This document shows positions 1 to 12,614 of a stretch of DNA of 64,000 nt, in pieces. This DNA is from Mobula hypostoma (taxonomy: Eukaryota): assembly GCF_963921235.1 (NCBI RefSeq), contig NC_086108.1:81160001-81224000 (forward strand), in the 5' to 3' direction. The position numbers and the translations under genes are program-made. The notes below the pieces were generated by a model, which made no database searches, was not told the DNA's origin, and saw only the letters and a list, made by a program, of their open reading frames with translations. The stretch's first letter is position 1. The number at the start of each line of letters is the position of its first letter.

Positions 1-1
1 A

Positions 2-223
2 TCACACCCATTTAATTTGCAATTCGGTATTTGTGGATCTCATGACGATAAAACCAACAGAGATAATTTTCCCAAAACCTTTATCTTGGAATTTGATTTG
101 GAGATAGTACATCAGTGGTTGTTGGAGCAAATGGCTAATGCAGCAGCTACATCGGCAGAAATTTTAAGATCACCTGACCCATTCAAGGAACAAATCACTT
201 CAATCATTATTCCCCCTCTCACT
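2..223 (+). CDS. Candidate coding exon of an unidentified host gene (5' end outside window)
   Basis: Frame open from base 2 (SHPFNLQFGICG...PKTFILEFDLEIVHQWL...IIIPPLT), not repeat-like, ends at a consensus donor ACT|GTAAGT (phase 0). Protein not recognised. Confidence 0.45.
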
Positions 224-584
224 GTAAGTAAATAATTCCTTCCACTAATTTTTTTATTGCCTTGTGAATTATTCATTGATGTTGAATGGTTTCCTTGTGT
301 TGAAACTGGTCTGTTCCCAATGTGCATGTCTTTAATTATTTTTAACATGAGAGCAATATAGTCAGCGTCAGAGGTCTGTCTGATTGCAATCAATTTTTGT
401 GTGCTTACACTTAAAATAATAAACTTTCTCTGAATATTACAATTAGAGGTATGTGTGAGGGTTAGTGTAACTTTAAGGACTAGATATGCCATATTGATGA
501 CTTCTAGATTATTGTTACAGCCTTTGCTCTTACTTGGACATTGACTTCCTTCAGTATAAGTAGCCAACCTTCTGTTTTTGTCTA

Positions 585-1272
585 TGAAACCCCTTTTACT
601 TGGCATCTCTGGAAATGCAGCTTGTTAGTCCCTCACTAACAGCCACGGGATTTCACAGCGAGAACCCACCTTTCTCCAGCGTTATACGTTTAGAGAGTAT
701 ATGACCTTGGTCCCACCAAATCCATGGGGTTGGGATGTCTTGCTCAGCCAGACCCAGATTTGTGTGAATGCTGTGTGATCAGCATAAAATAACAGATCGC
801 ACACTGCACACAATTATAAAGTATATTTGTGAATGTTAACTTAACCTAAGAGTTAGTAAAGAGAAGAAATGATAAAAAAAAAAGGGCCCATTATAATTAA
901 ACAGTCAAATGTGCAAAGGCTGGAGCTCAAATCTTCCAAAAGCCATATTCACCAATCCTCGGTGAGCTCCGTGCCCGGGCTCCATTGATTCATATTTCCC
1001 CACCAAATTGAATCCTACAACAGATTCTCTCCAGCATCTTCTCTCTTCATCTTCTGCTGGACAAAGACCAAGAGCCACCACCAGTGTCAGTCACAAAACC
1101 GCTCCCCCGGCCTTCTCTGGAGCCTTCTCCACGTTCCACTCTCCTGATTGGATAGCCCACATTCCTATACATCGCTTATCCCCAACAGTAACTCAAACAC
1201 TGCTTCTACAGAAAGACCATTACTTGAAATGCCTTGCAACATTAGCAGTAAAACCTTTACCAGGATGTTACA
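585..1272 (-). mobile_element. Solo LTR of a Gypsy family related to the provirus at 37794-43048
   Basis: Minus strand reads TGTAACATCCTGGTAAAGGTTTTACTGCT...AGGGGTTTCA. Shares blocks with the 37794 LTR (GAGCTCCA..TGCACATTT..TAATGGGCCCTTTT; AAAGGTGG..TTCTC..GTGGCTGT). Flanks TCTA/CCTA are a near 4-bp TSD. Confidence 0.8.
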
Positions 1273-1348
1273 CCTACAGAAGTAGCAGGACCAAAGAGCC
1301 GACAGTGATACCTCTGGGGTGTTAGTGCTTGGGACAGCATCAAGCGAA

Positions 1349-1717
1349 AAACACAAGAGATTCTGCAGGTGTCGGAAAGCTGGAGCAATGTAGAGAAAAT
1401 GCTGGAGGAACTCAATGGATCGGCCAGCGTTTATGGAGGGAAATGAATAGTTGATGTTTTGGTGCTGAGATCCTTCATAAGGATTCCAAATGTGGAGTAA
1501 TTTGACAGAGTGGTCCTGGAGGTAGGCTGTGATAATAGCAGGCAAAGGAAGCAGGCAAAGATATGTCAGCAAACCCAAGACAGTCCTGATGAAGGGTCTC
1601 AGCCTGAAACGTTTACTATTTATTGCTGTCCCTTGAGGCTGCCTGATCTGCTGAGTCCCTCCAGCATTTTGTGTTTATTACACTGGGCTTACAGCATCTG
1701 CAGAATCTCTTGTGTTT
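1349..1717. mobile_element. Penelope-derived fold-back (palindromic) insertion
   Basis: Perfect 20-bp terminal inverted repeat AAACACAAGAGATTCTGCAG / CTGCAGAATCTCTTGTGTTT. Both arms match the terminal region of the Penelope copy at 15107-17118. Confidence 0.85.
1581..1618 (+). ncRNA. Minimal hammerhead-ribozyme motif (Penelope-associated, partly decayed)
   Basis: CAGTC-CTGATGA-AGGGTCTCAGCCT-GAAA-CG-TT-TACT: core boxes CUGAUGA and GAAA, with palindromic ACGT at stem III. Confidence 0.65.
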
Positions 1718-2157
1718 AAGCACAAGGAATTCAACCATTTCAGTCATTTTCCCCTTTTTTATGGAATGAGTGGATTTTTTTTCCTGAGGGTGAATGGTGT
1801 AATGTTTCTATTCCCGAGGAGGACGCAGGAGCAAGTTGGGTGACTACACATGAGAGTAGGAAGGTGATATTAGTGCTGGTATCACAGACAAAAGAGTCAT
1901 TGGTGAGCCTACAAGTATCTCAAACCATGACATCTCATATGGCAAGTAAGAGGAAAAGGCTGGTTAATGAGAGGTCAGCTGAACTCGGTGGAAAAAAGGA
2001 GTAATTTGCAAAATATTTTAGATTAGGCTCTGCAGAATTGCTTACTTTGTAGAATGGAAATGAAAAAAGAATTAGGTAAATCCACTTGGTATAATGGGAT
2101 TTAGTATTTGAAGTGACAACTGTGTCAGATCAAAGGGACAGAGGGAAAGGTCTAATA

Positions 2158-2237
2158 CAGGGGTTCCCAACCCTTTTTATGCCATGGAACAATACCATTA
2201 AGCAAGGGGTCCATGGACTCTAGCTCAGGAACCCCTG
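2158..2237. mobile_element. 80-bp hAT (Charlie-like) MITE
   Basis: TIRs CAGGGGTTCC / GGAACCCCTG; 8-bp flanks GTCTAATA / GTCTCATG (6/8 match). Confidence 0.75.
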
Positions 2238-2414
2238 GTCTCATGGTTATACAAAGATAGAATGGAGAACAGGTCATTGGACAGAGTGAAACAACCGAAG
2301 CAGAAATTAATTCAAGATAGCCAACAACGTAACAAACATCACGTATAATATAAACAGTATCAGTACCCTAGTGAAAGTTGGTGCAGTAGTCTCCAATCTC
2401 ACCATGATAGTCTG

Positions 2415-3445
2415 AAATTTGACTTCATTCAGTAACCTAATCAATAAGCTTCAAGGCCTTGGTCTCAATGCCAAGGATTCTGGATTTCCTCACTTGCAGA
2501 TGTCGGTCAGTTAGGATTGGCAACAACATCTCCTCCATCAGCACAGGTGTACCACAAGGCTGTGTGTTTAGCCCCCTGCTCGACTCCCTTTACACTTATG
2601 ACTGTGTAGCTAAGCACAGCTCCAATGCCATATTCAGGTTGGCTGATGATGCTACTGTCAAAGGCTGAATTGAAGCTGGTGACAAATCAGCATGTAGGAG
2701 GGAGATTGAAAATCTAGCTGAGTGGTGCCACAACAACAGCCTCTTACACAATGTCAGCAAGTCCAAGGAGCTGATTACTGACTTTAAGAGAAGGAAACCA
2801 GAGGTCCTTGAGCCGGCCCTCGTCAGAGGATTAGAAGTGGAGAGGAAATTGCTAATGTTATCATTTCAGAGGACTTGCTGTGGGCTCAGCAAGTAAGTGA
2901 AATTACAAAGAAAGCATGGCAGGGCCTCTACCTCCTTAGGAGTTTGTGGAGATTCGGCATGACATCTAAAACTTTGACAAACTTCTATATGTAGTGGAGA
3001 GTATATTGACAGACTGCACTGCAGTCTGGTATGGAAACACTGATGTCCTTGAACAGAAAATCCTACGAAAGCAGTGGATATGGCCCAGTCCATCATGTGT
3101 AATGCCCTTCAAACCATTGTGCATACCTACAGGAAATGCTGTCGCAGTAAAGCAGCATCCATCATCAAGGACTCCCACCACCCAGGACATGCTGTCTTCT
3201 CGCTGCTGCCATCAGGAGAAAGGTACAGGAGCCTCAGGAGCTACACCTCCAAGTTCAGGAACCATTATTAACCTTCAACCACCAGCCTTTTGAACCAAAG
3301 GGATAACTTCTCTATACTTCACTTGCCCCGTCATTGAAATGTTCCCTCAACTAACAGACTCACTTTCAAGAAATCTTCATCTCATGTTTTCAATATTTAT
3401 TGCTTATTTATTTATAACTATTTCTTTTTTTTTTGTATTTTGTTG
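2415..3445 (+). mobile_element. 5'-truncated Rex1/Babar LINE (RT C-terminus, decayed)
   Basis: ISTGVPQGCVFSPLL..YTYDC..LADDAT RT motif; KAASIIKDSHHPGHAVFSLLPSGERYRS C-terminal motif; stops and frameshifts. Confidence 0.9.
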
Positions 3446-3499
3446 TGTTTGAACTTTGAACATTAACCTGGAATTTTGGTGTTAATGCCCAGTCTGGAT

Positions 3500-3812
3500 T
3501 TTGCCAGGACCACTTGGCTCCAGGACTCATCATACATTTGATACAAGTATGGATAAAGAACTAAATTCTCAAAGTGAGGTGAAAATATTTATACTTGACA
3601 TCAGAGTGTGATGTCAGGGAGCCATGGTAAAACTGAAGTCAATGTATATCAAACAGAACAACCCAAATAACTGAAGACATATTTTACCCAAAGCAACTTG
3701 TCTATAGTTGTTAGAAGTCAATTAATTCAGCCACAGGACATCATTCTAGGAGTTCATCAGGGCAGTGTCCTCTGTCAAACCATCTTCATCTGTTTCATCA
3801 ACAACCTTCTGT
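3500..3812 (+). mobile_element. Old CR1/L2-group LINE RT fragment
   Basis: GVHQGSVLCQTIFICFINNL resembles the GVPQGSVLGPxLFxxYINDL RT motif. Confidence 0.65.
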
Positions 3813-3939
3813 ATTCTGGAAATAAAAATAGTTCTATCGTCTTTTACCTATGCAAGTTTGTCTTTGTTAAAGAACAAACATAACATACACCACTCGTCTC
3901 AGGCCTCCAGTCAGCAAGGCAACCATCTACAACCAGTCT

Positions 3940-5340
3940 TTGACTTCTTCCACAAGGTGAATGTCTGATTTAGTTTACTACTTCATCTTGAATGCCGAGC
4001 AACTGAGATTTCTTGACCAACCTCCCATGCGAGACCTTGTCCAAGACCTTGCTAAAATCCATATGGACAACATCCACTGCCTTGGCTTCATCAACTTTCC
4101 TGGAAACTTCCTTGAAAAACTCTATTAGGTTAGTTAGACATGACCTACCACACACAAATTCATGCTGACTATCCAAGTACTCATATATCCAGTCCCTTAG
4201 AATACATTCAATTACTTTCCAACTATTGATGTCAGGCTTACCACCCCAAAATTTCCTAGGTTATTCTTAGAGCCTTGCTTAAACAATGGAATAACTTTAG
4301 CTATCCTCCAAACCTCGGGCAACTCATCTGTGGCTAAGGGTGTTTTAAATATCTCTGCTAGGGCCCCTGCAATTTCTTCATTAGCCTCCCATAGGGACCG
4401 AGGGAACACCTTGTCAAGCCCTGCAGATTTATCCACCCTGGAAGAAATAAATGGGCAGACTATTATTTAGATGAGGAGACAATTCAAAATGCAGAGATGC
4501 AAAGGGACTTGGGAATCCTTGTGCAGGATACCCTAAAGGTTAACCTCTAGGTTGAGTCAGTTGTGAAGAAGGTGAATGCAATGTTGGCATTCATTTCTAG
4601 AGGTATAGCATATAAGAGCAGGGATGTGATGTGGAAGCTCTATAAAGCACTCGTGAGACCACATGGAGTATTGTGTGCTGTTTTAGTCTCCTTATTTTAG
4701 AAAGGATATACTGACATTGGAGAGGGTTCAGAGAAGATTCACAAGAATGATTCCAGGAATGAAAGGGTTACCGTATGAGAAACGTCTGGCAGCTCTTGGG
4801 CTGTATTCCATGGAGTTCAGGAGAATGAGGGGGGATCTCATAGAAATGTTAAAAATGTTAAAAGGCCTGAACAGATTAGATATGGCAAAGTTATTTCTCA
4901 TGGTAGGGGAGTCTAGGACAAGAGGGCACGACTTCAGGATTGGAGGATGTCCATTTAGAACAGAGATGCAGAGAAATTACTTTAGTCAGAGGGTGGTAAA
5001 TCTGTGGAATTTGTTGCCACAAGCGGCTGTGGAGGCCAAGTCATTGGGTGCGTTTAAAGCAGAGATAGATAGGTTCTTGATTAGCCAGGGCATCAAAGGG
5101 TATGGGGAGAAGGCAGGGAAGTGGGGATGACTGGAAGAATTGGATCAGCTCTTGGCTGAATGGTGGAGCAGACTCGATGGGCCAAATGGCTTACTTCTGC
5201 TCCTTTATCTTATGGTCTTATGGTCTAATTTGCTTCAAGACAGTAAACACCTCCTCCTCTGTAATATGTATAGGGCCCATAACCTCTCTGCTGCTTTGCC
5301 TCACTCCTACAGACTCTGTGCCTTCCACAAACGAAATGGC
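3940..5340 (-). mobile_element. CR1 LINE RT fragment interrupted by a younger CR1 (4440-5226)
   Basis: GRSCLTNLIEFF..VDVVHMDFSKVLDKVSH and WRIAKVIPLFKQG motifs. Host sequence resumes at about 5227 (CCCT|AATTTGCTTCAAGAC). Confidence 0.9.
4440..5226 (+). mobile_element. CR1 LINE 3' end (young subfamily)
   Basis: ERVQRRFTRMIPG..RMRGDLIE..YFSQRVVNLWN; 3' tail of TATGGTCT repeats. Confidence 0.95.
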
Positions 5341-5792
5341 GACTCACCTGACCATTAACATTATATTATTTTTTTGAGTCATGGAGTCATTGAGTCATTC
5401 AGCATGGAAACAGGCCCTTCAGCCCAGCTGGCTCATGCTGACCAAACTCGTCCCATTTGCCAGTGCTCGGCCCATGATAGAATATAATTCAACTTTGTAA
5501 AGGTAATGGGAATTATGTTAATTCTGACAGTAGTTTATAACAGACACCATCTGAGCATCTCCCCCAGTTGCTGCTGTACTTGACTATGTTAAGTAGGCTC
5601 TTTGTAACTTTAACAAATTCTTTGGCTCCTATTTGAATCAGCTTTTCAATTTGTTGTACTGTGGCTCCACACTTTTTCCCCAAAGATTCATTCACTTAAT
5701 CAAGGTGTTGCTAAGCATTCTTCTGGTAGTTTCAGGCATGTGGAGCAGCTGGCTTTAGAATGCAGCTGCAGCAATCAGAATTATAATATGAG

Positions 5793-6484
5793 AACGAAAG
5801 ATTGTGCAAATGCTGGAAATCCAGAGCAACACATATAAAATGCTTGAGGAACTCAGCAGGTTAAGGAGCATCTATGGAAATGAATTAACAGTCAACATTT
5901 CAGGCCAAGACACTTCTTCAGGACTGGGAAAGAAGTGGGAAAATACCAGAATAAAAATGTGGGATGAGGGGGGTGAGGGAAAATGGGACCATTTTGTCAA
6001 GCACCTCCATTAGCCAAAAGCAGAATTTCTTGCTGGTCAACCATTTTAATTCCTATCCCCATTTCTGTTCCTACATGTCTGTCTATGGCCTCATCTTTTG
6101 CTATGGTGAGGCCACTTTCAGGGTAGAAGAACAACAGCTCATATTCTGTCCAACCTGATGGCATGAGCATCAATTTCTCCTCCTGGTAAATTTTCCCCTC
6201 CCCCTTCCCTCTTCTTCAGTTCCCCACTCTGACCTCTTACCTCTTCTCCTCACCTGTCTATCAACCCCGTCTGGTTCCCTTCCTTCTTACATTTCGCCCA
6301 TGACCCATTCTCCTCTCCTATCAGATTCCGTCTTCTCCAGCCCTCCACCCACCCGGCTTCACCTTCCAGCTGGTTCTCCTTCCCTTCCCCTCCCCCTATT
6401 TTTAAATTCTGGAATCTTCCCCCTTCCTTCCCAGTCTTGAAGAAGAGTGTCAGCCTGAAACGTCGACTGTTTATTCGTTTCCAT
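5793..6484. mobile_element. Penelope-derived inverted insertion with GIY-YIG C-terminal remnant and 16-bp TSD
   Basis: TSD AGAATTATAATATGAG (5777-5792) / AGAATTATAATGTGAG (6485-6500). Inverted arms each carry a hammerhead motif (5889-5926 minus; 6432-6469 plus). NHFNSYPH..EEQQLIF matches the Penelope ORF end at about 16500-16650. Confidence 0.9.
6432..6469 (+). ncRNA. Minimal hammerhead-ribozyme motif (Penelope-associated)
   Basis: CAGTC-TTGAAGA-AGAGTGTCAGCCT-GAAA-CG-TC-GACTG: stem I CAGTC/GACTG intact, GUC cleavage triplet present, first core C mutated. Confidence 0.6.
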
Positions 6485-7209
6485 AGAATTATAATGTGAG
6501 TTGGTTGTTAAGTTTGAGATACATGGCAGATTTTTAAAATAATAGAAAGGGAGTCAGTTCTCTTTCAATTTAATATAGCATTGAGGAGTGATTTTCATTA
6601 AATTAATATTTACGACTATGCTCCCAAACCAAAGACCTGATAATAATGTTACAAAAAGTGACTTTATGGGTTTATCCCTGGGATCTGACATTCTGGGAGA
6701 ATTTAGATTAGTTCATTTTAATAGCATTTTTGCATTTGTGTCAGAAGGTCACTAGTTCAAATATCATTGCAGCCTGTGAGCCACCAAAACAGTTTAGTAT
6801 TTCAGGAATATTGCATTATTGGAGGTGATGTTCTTTAGCTGAGATGTAAGTAGTCCCTTGAGGTTGATTATATTGATCTAAAACAACAATTTCTGTACTA
6901 TTTAAAGAAGAGCTGTGTGTTCTAGCCAACATTCCATTCACAACTGACTTCATTTAATAAAATCCTTCTTTGTGCAATATTGCTTCACTTGTTTAAACAA
7001 AACAAAATCACTGACTTGGTACAAAGAGCAAATTAGCATAATTGTGAGGAAGGCATTTCACAGAAAAAAATTCTTTTCACTCAAATAACAACAGAAACTA
7101 AAGTAATCTTCAAAATTGAGGAAGGTTGTGTAATTAAATGCTATTGCTGGTGTTTGGTCACCTGCTAACCGGGGTCTTGGACTTAAAAATTAGGGGGAAA
7201 GTTAATTTA

Positions 7210-7960
7210 TAGAGTCATAGAGTTACACAGCCTGAAAAGAGCCCCTTTGGCCACACTTGTCTATGCTAATTTGTCTAAACCCCTTCCTTTTTCCTGCATT
7301 TGGCCAATATCCCCCTGAGCATTTTTTAAAATTATGTACCTGTCCAAATATTGTGGTTGTGCCCATCTCCAAGGCTCCCTCCAGCAGCTCGTTCTATATA
7401 CCCATGACCTTCTGTATGAAAAAGTTGTCCATCAGATCACTTTTAAATGTTCCCTCGCTTTACCTTGAGTCTATGTCTTCTAGATTTAGCCTCCCCCATC
7501 CGGGGAAAACAGACTATGACCATCTATCTTATTACACTCCTCATGATTTTATATATTTCTGTAAGGTCACCCATCAGCTTCATTCCACCTCAGGGATAAA
7601 AAAAAAGTCCAAGCCTATTGAGTATCTGGCTGGCTGGTGGCATAGTGGCATCAGCACTGGACTTTGGGGCAGAAGGTCCCGAGTTTGAATCCAGCTGGCT
7701 CCTGTGCATGCTTTCCATCCGTGCTGGGTTGAGGGTTGAGCGTCGAGCTAGCAACTCAATCTCGTAAAAAAGAAATTGCCCGCTACAGAAGCATCAGCAG
7801 CAAAAAGTTGATGGCCTATGCTCTCTCATGAGTTTAAAGGCAATTTTTCTCTCTCTCTTTCTCACTCTTCTCTATTGAGTATCTCTTTATGAGGCAAGCC
7901 TCCAGTCCTGGTACAATCATTTCTAGCTTAATAACATCCTTCCTAATGCTGGGCAACCAG
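7210..7960 (-). mobile_element. CR1 3' end, interrupted by a tRNA-SINE
   Basis: Reverse complement of the CR1 3' region and tail (ATAGAGTCATAGAG...AGCCCCTTTGGCC). Confidence 0.75.
7628..7871 (+). mobile_element. tRNA-derived SINE with perfect 13-bp TSD
   Basis: A box TGGCATAGTGG (7638-7648), B box GAGTTTGAATCC (7681-7692), CT-rich tail; TSD CTATTGAGTATCT at 7615-7627 and 7872-7884. Confidence 0.9.
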
Positions 7961-8612
7961 AATGAAATACCTTGTCATATAAGTATAAGACAGAATAGTA
8001 ATATAGCACAGTATAGACCCTTCAGCCCACGATGTTGTGACAACTCTTTAACCAAGATCAGTTTCACCTTTCCCTCCCATATAGCTCTTCATTTTTCTTT
8101 CATCCATGTGTCTATCTCAAAGTCTCTTAAATGTCCCTAATATACCTCTATTCTATTGTATTTCTTTGTTCTACTGTGAGTGCTCATAAGAAAATGAATC
8201 TCAGGGTAATATATGGTGACTTGAAAATAAATTTACTTTGAAATTGAACTTTGAACCATTTTAACAACATTCTTGCATTTACATCTTTGACCAAGCTTTT
8301 GGTTACCTCTCCTAATAATCCTTTCTTGGCTTTATGCTCCTTTCTGTCTGTCAGTCTTGGCATTACAGATTCTATATGAATGTATGATTACTATTTATTG
8401 CTTTGCTGGGGTTTGATTGATGGTTGAAATGTCCTGTTTTTATTACCTGTAAGTGCCCGGTTCATTGTGTGATTTTCCTTTGTTGTATTGGGGAAGCTTT
8501 CTACAGCTTTGAAAACACAGGCTACAACAGCCATTCATTACTTCACTCCACAATATCTGAATTTGAACTGAAAATAGTCCCACTAGAAATCACCACTAAT
8601 TTGTATTTCTAG

Positions 8613-8663
8613 GCCCTGAATAGCAAAACAAAGAAGGAGACAAATACAAGCCACATGGGCTGA
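8613..8663 (+). CDS. Candidate phase-0 terminal exon (ALNSKTKKETNTSHMG*)
   Basis: Acceptor TTTGTATTTCTAG|G preceded by branch-like CACTAAT; phase compatible with exon 2-223; followed by repeat-poor sequence. Confidence 0.25.
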   Translation, partial: ALNSKTKKETNTSHMG

Positions 8664-9659
8664 AGTGTGTGCAGCTTTATAGTCTTTGTGACAAATACTA
8701 ATTGCGTAACTTGGGAAAGTGGTGTTTTAAATTTCCAAGCATAGCTTCATTTCACAAACTGTTAACACTCGTTAACTTTTTAACCAGGGCCAGCTCAGCT
8801 GGCTTTCACTCAGCCATATTATGCTAAGGCAGCTGGAGTGCCAGGAACCCCTTGCCATCTTCTGGAGTTGGTTAAAGCTATCAGACAGATCTGCTCTGCT
8901 GGAATAGAGAAATAAGCGTGGATTTGGCACATTGCTACAAATCAGAAGTCACATGATATTTCTTTCATCTTTTAGCCAAAATTATATTATTTAGGTTTCA
9001 GCTTCTTTTCTGTAGTCTTTTAAATCAAAACTTAATTCTTGACAGTATTCAGTTTTCAGTTTTTAAATATAATCTGACATACCATGGAATGAACAGCATA
9101 GGACTGCTGTTAATGTTTCGCTGTCATCAGAAGAGGTCTTATCAAGTCAGATGTGTCAAATCACCACCTTCTCGTGGCTGTTACAGATGGGTAATAACTG
9201 CTGGCCTTGATTGGAACTACCAGATACTGAAACTTATCTATGAGCTGTATTCAAAGGCAAACTCAAAACACTTGTTAATGCAGTGCCATCTAAATACCAA
9301 ATAATATTCAGACTGTGCAAAGTGGAACCACACACTCCCACTGAAGTGGAAGAATATGACCTACCATTGGATTATATGATGGTGGTTACCGATGATGGTG
9401 CATTGGGGAAATCTCAGATTTTTTGAATGATTCTGACTCATCCAGAGTATTATAATATTGCCGATATAGATTTGGTGCTGGGCAGTGGTTGATGGGAAAA
9501 TAAGCGAGGGGAACTTCTGTTCTTGGGTCACAGGAAGAACATGGAACAGCGCTGACTCTTTGTTCACGATCCAGGACATTTCTTTTCTTTACCCCGTTCA
9601 ACGTGGAGGACGACATTTTTCTGGTGCTAATTCTGGGCTTAACTCCACTGTGGACAGAC

Positions 9660-9895
9660 CCAAATCCAGCTACAAGAGGAGGAGGGTTGGGCAGTAGACT
9701 AACAACCTCATCCTATAAAAGGCCAGAGTTACAGAACTGCAAACAGAAGCTCCAAAGATCTTGTCCCTCGGAGAGATGAATCTTTGAAGAAGGGCCACAC
9801 TTGGGGACAAGCTGAAAGATGGACCCAGGTCAGAGGACTCTGGCAAACTGCTGACAGCAGCCCGTGCCCCAGTAGGGGTAATGGGCTTAAGAATA
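9660..9895 (+). mobile_element. RTE-like non-autonomous retroposon remnant
   Basis: GGAGGAGGGTTGGGC..CTAACAACCTCATCCTATAAAA segment and ..GTGCCCCAGTAGGGGTAATGGGCTTAAGAA end resemble RTE-clade termini (pattern recognition only). Confidence 0.5.
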
Positions 9896-12418
9896 ATAAT
9901 TCTGGGTGTATTTTATCAGTGGGCTGGTAGGGACAAGGGTGGACCAGTGGAAAATTGGCTCAAGGCTTTCTTGAAGCAGTGAAAGCCATGCTTGTTTTTC
10001 AAGCAGGCATCAAGAGAGAATAATGTGGGAGAAGAGCACCAGGTTAGTTCCAACAATTTCCTCATGTTTGCATAAATAAATGTTTCCTACTTTGTATTTG
10101 TAAAATTTCAGCATAACAGCTAAAGCCTGTAATATTTTCACTCTGTACCCTTCTTCCCACTGTTCTCAAGCACAAAGCTCATTGTCCATATTCTGAAGGC
10201 TTCATTCCTCCCAGGTCGCCTCACTACTCCCACCTCTCAAGATGCAAGTCTCCAGCACCCCGGCATCGCACAAGCTATGCTGCTGGCCCTCTGTTCCCTC
10301 CCTTCTCACCTGCTCTCATGCAGCATAATCCACATTGCTTAATCTTCCCAAGCACGTTACTTCATCCGGTTCATTTGCAGGACCATCCATCTACTAAAAG
10401 CTGAAGACCATAACAACTATCTTGTACCTATAACATCATGATCTCCATAACTTCCATGTGCTGGTTCTTGTCAGACACAGTATATGCCTTGTTTATCAAT
10501 CAGGTCTCCAGCTGGTCTGAAAGCCTCCCTCTTGCAATCTGCAATTTGTCCCTACTACTTTATTGCTCATTTGCTGCTGAATCCTCAAATTCTCTGCAGA
10601 TCTATTCATTCCACCTGAGAAAAGAAGAATGGGTAGGTCATATGTCCCCTTCAGTTCTTTTCTGCCAATTAATAAGGCTGTGCCTTAAATCCACCAGGTT
10701 CCCATATCCTCCAATTTCCTTATAGTTTCCAAAATTCCATTGACCTTAGCTCAATGGCTAAGCATCTACAGGGTTGAGGTGGCTTAATAGTTTGCATCAG
10801 CATTATCTTCTGGCCGATTGTGCATTCAGTATTGCATCCGTGCAACAAACTCCAACGTTGTCCTTTATCCCTTGAATAGTTCATCTTCCACAATATCCTG
10901 ACTTGTCTACATTATGACTCAAGCATCCCTTATGATAAACAACATAACCACCACCATTACAATAAGTTAATTATTTTTTGCACTGGGGTCAAATTTAATT
11001 GACTGCCTGTTTTACATCTGACCTTGTTTCCTGTGCAGTTTTTGTTTTCAATGACAACACAAATCTAAATGTACATTTGTAATTATAGTGCTTTGACTTT
11101 TTTTTTGAAATCAGTAAAAACAAAAACACATATAGCTTTTAAACTAAACAGCTAATAGATATCATATTTTCAAGGATTGTTCTTTGAACCTTAAACAACA
11201 ATGAACCAGTAACATGTGTTAGGAATGCTGTTTAAATTGGATGACAAATGAAAGGCCTGATCATTAGGCTTTGGATCACCTGTGGTTTAGGCCATATTGT
11301 ATCCTGAAATCCATAGGAAGGGGTTCTTTAATCCTAATTCATTGATCACAGCTGGTATTGGTTATATTTTATGATCAATTAATCAGAAAAAAAGTTTCCT
11401 CTCTAATTATGTAGAAAAGCTTTATCTGTTTTTTTTTGCTCTAAAAAAATTCTAGTGTGCAACTTTATATTAAGTGACTGCAAGGCTGTAGAAAATTTTG
11501 CACCAGAGCTAAAGTATCTCTGTTGTAGAAATTTCATCTTATGACTTGTAAGAATCAATGCTTTACAGTTAAAAATAGGCTCAAACCTGAGAACAATATT
11601 GCATCATCCAGATCTCTTAACACTTAGTAGGAAAATTGACCAATAATTTTCCAATGAGATTTTCATTAGCAATAGAATCTTCTGCCTGAAATAGAACTCC
11701 TTCAAATAAAGTCAACAAGAATGCCACACCCAAGATTCACCTCCAGTATGATTTTCAACACTGGTCTGAAAAACAGTTCTTACTTTTATCTTCTTAGAGA
11801 GTCCCTCAGGTTATGCCCTAAAAAGTGAACTTCTTTCTAACCTTGTTTCCTCACAAATCATACTAGTTTTCAAAAAGCAGGAAACGTTGTATACTCTGTG
11901 CTCACTGTGATCTCGGATATAGCCTCTCTGTGCCTGAACAGCTTTACAAAAGAGTTCCAAGTCATAAGCACATTTAGCTTCCTGGCCCCAGCATTGTTTC
12001 AAGTCACTATCCCCCCACCCTTCCCCCAATCTCACAGTTTACTGCTCCCTACCACTTTGAGGATGTCAACCAAACTCTCTACTCAAAGAGAGCAGGCTTC
12101 GTCAATTTTCCCTTAATGTACAGAGCAGGCAGAGAGGGCATATGGATAAGCCTACACTGCAGGCTCCCCCAAATTGCTCTCATTCATGGACTACACTCAA
12201 AGAGTGCTCATCTTAAGGAGACCACATTAGCCATTTCTTGCCAGAATCATTTAACCTTAGCCCTTCAAGATTTCATTGACTACCTAGAACAAAGAATATG
12301 GTGCTTGGAGGTATTGTGCTCGCCAGGCTATCCCTTGATCCTTCTGACTGCCCGAAGGCACCCATCCTCCCTCTAGTAGCAACATTCCTCAATAGCCAGA
12401 AGAGTACTGCTTTCAATG

Positions 12419-12614
12419 TGGGATACAAGAAAGATTGCATCTGCTGGAGACCTGGAGCCGCATACACAAAATGCTGGAGGACCTCAGCAAGTCAGGCAGT
12501 ATGAATGGAGGGAAATGGACAGCCAGCATCTGAAGTCAAGGCAAAGGCACTAAGCTAAAACTTGGACTGCCCGTTTCCTGACCCACTGAATTCCTCCAGC
12601 ATCCTGCCGTTGCC
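12419..12614. mobile_element. Older Penelope-derived fold-back insertion with perfect 13-bp TSD
   Basis: TSD ACTGCTTTCAATG at 12406-12418 and 12615-12627; inverted arms ATGCTGGAGGA..TCAG / CTGA.TTCCTCCAGCAT. Confidence 0.85.

Noticed and set aside
112..606. 164-aa minus-strand ORF
   Set aside because: Starts inside the solo LTR, runs antisense to the candidate exon, and has no recognisable motif.
7628..7705. tRNA gene
   Set aside because: A and B boxes are present but continue into a SINE body with tail and TSD.
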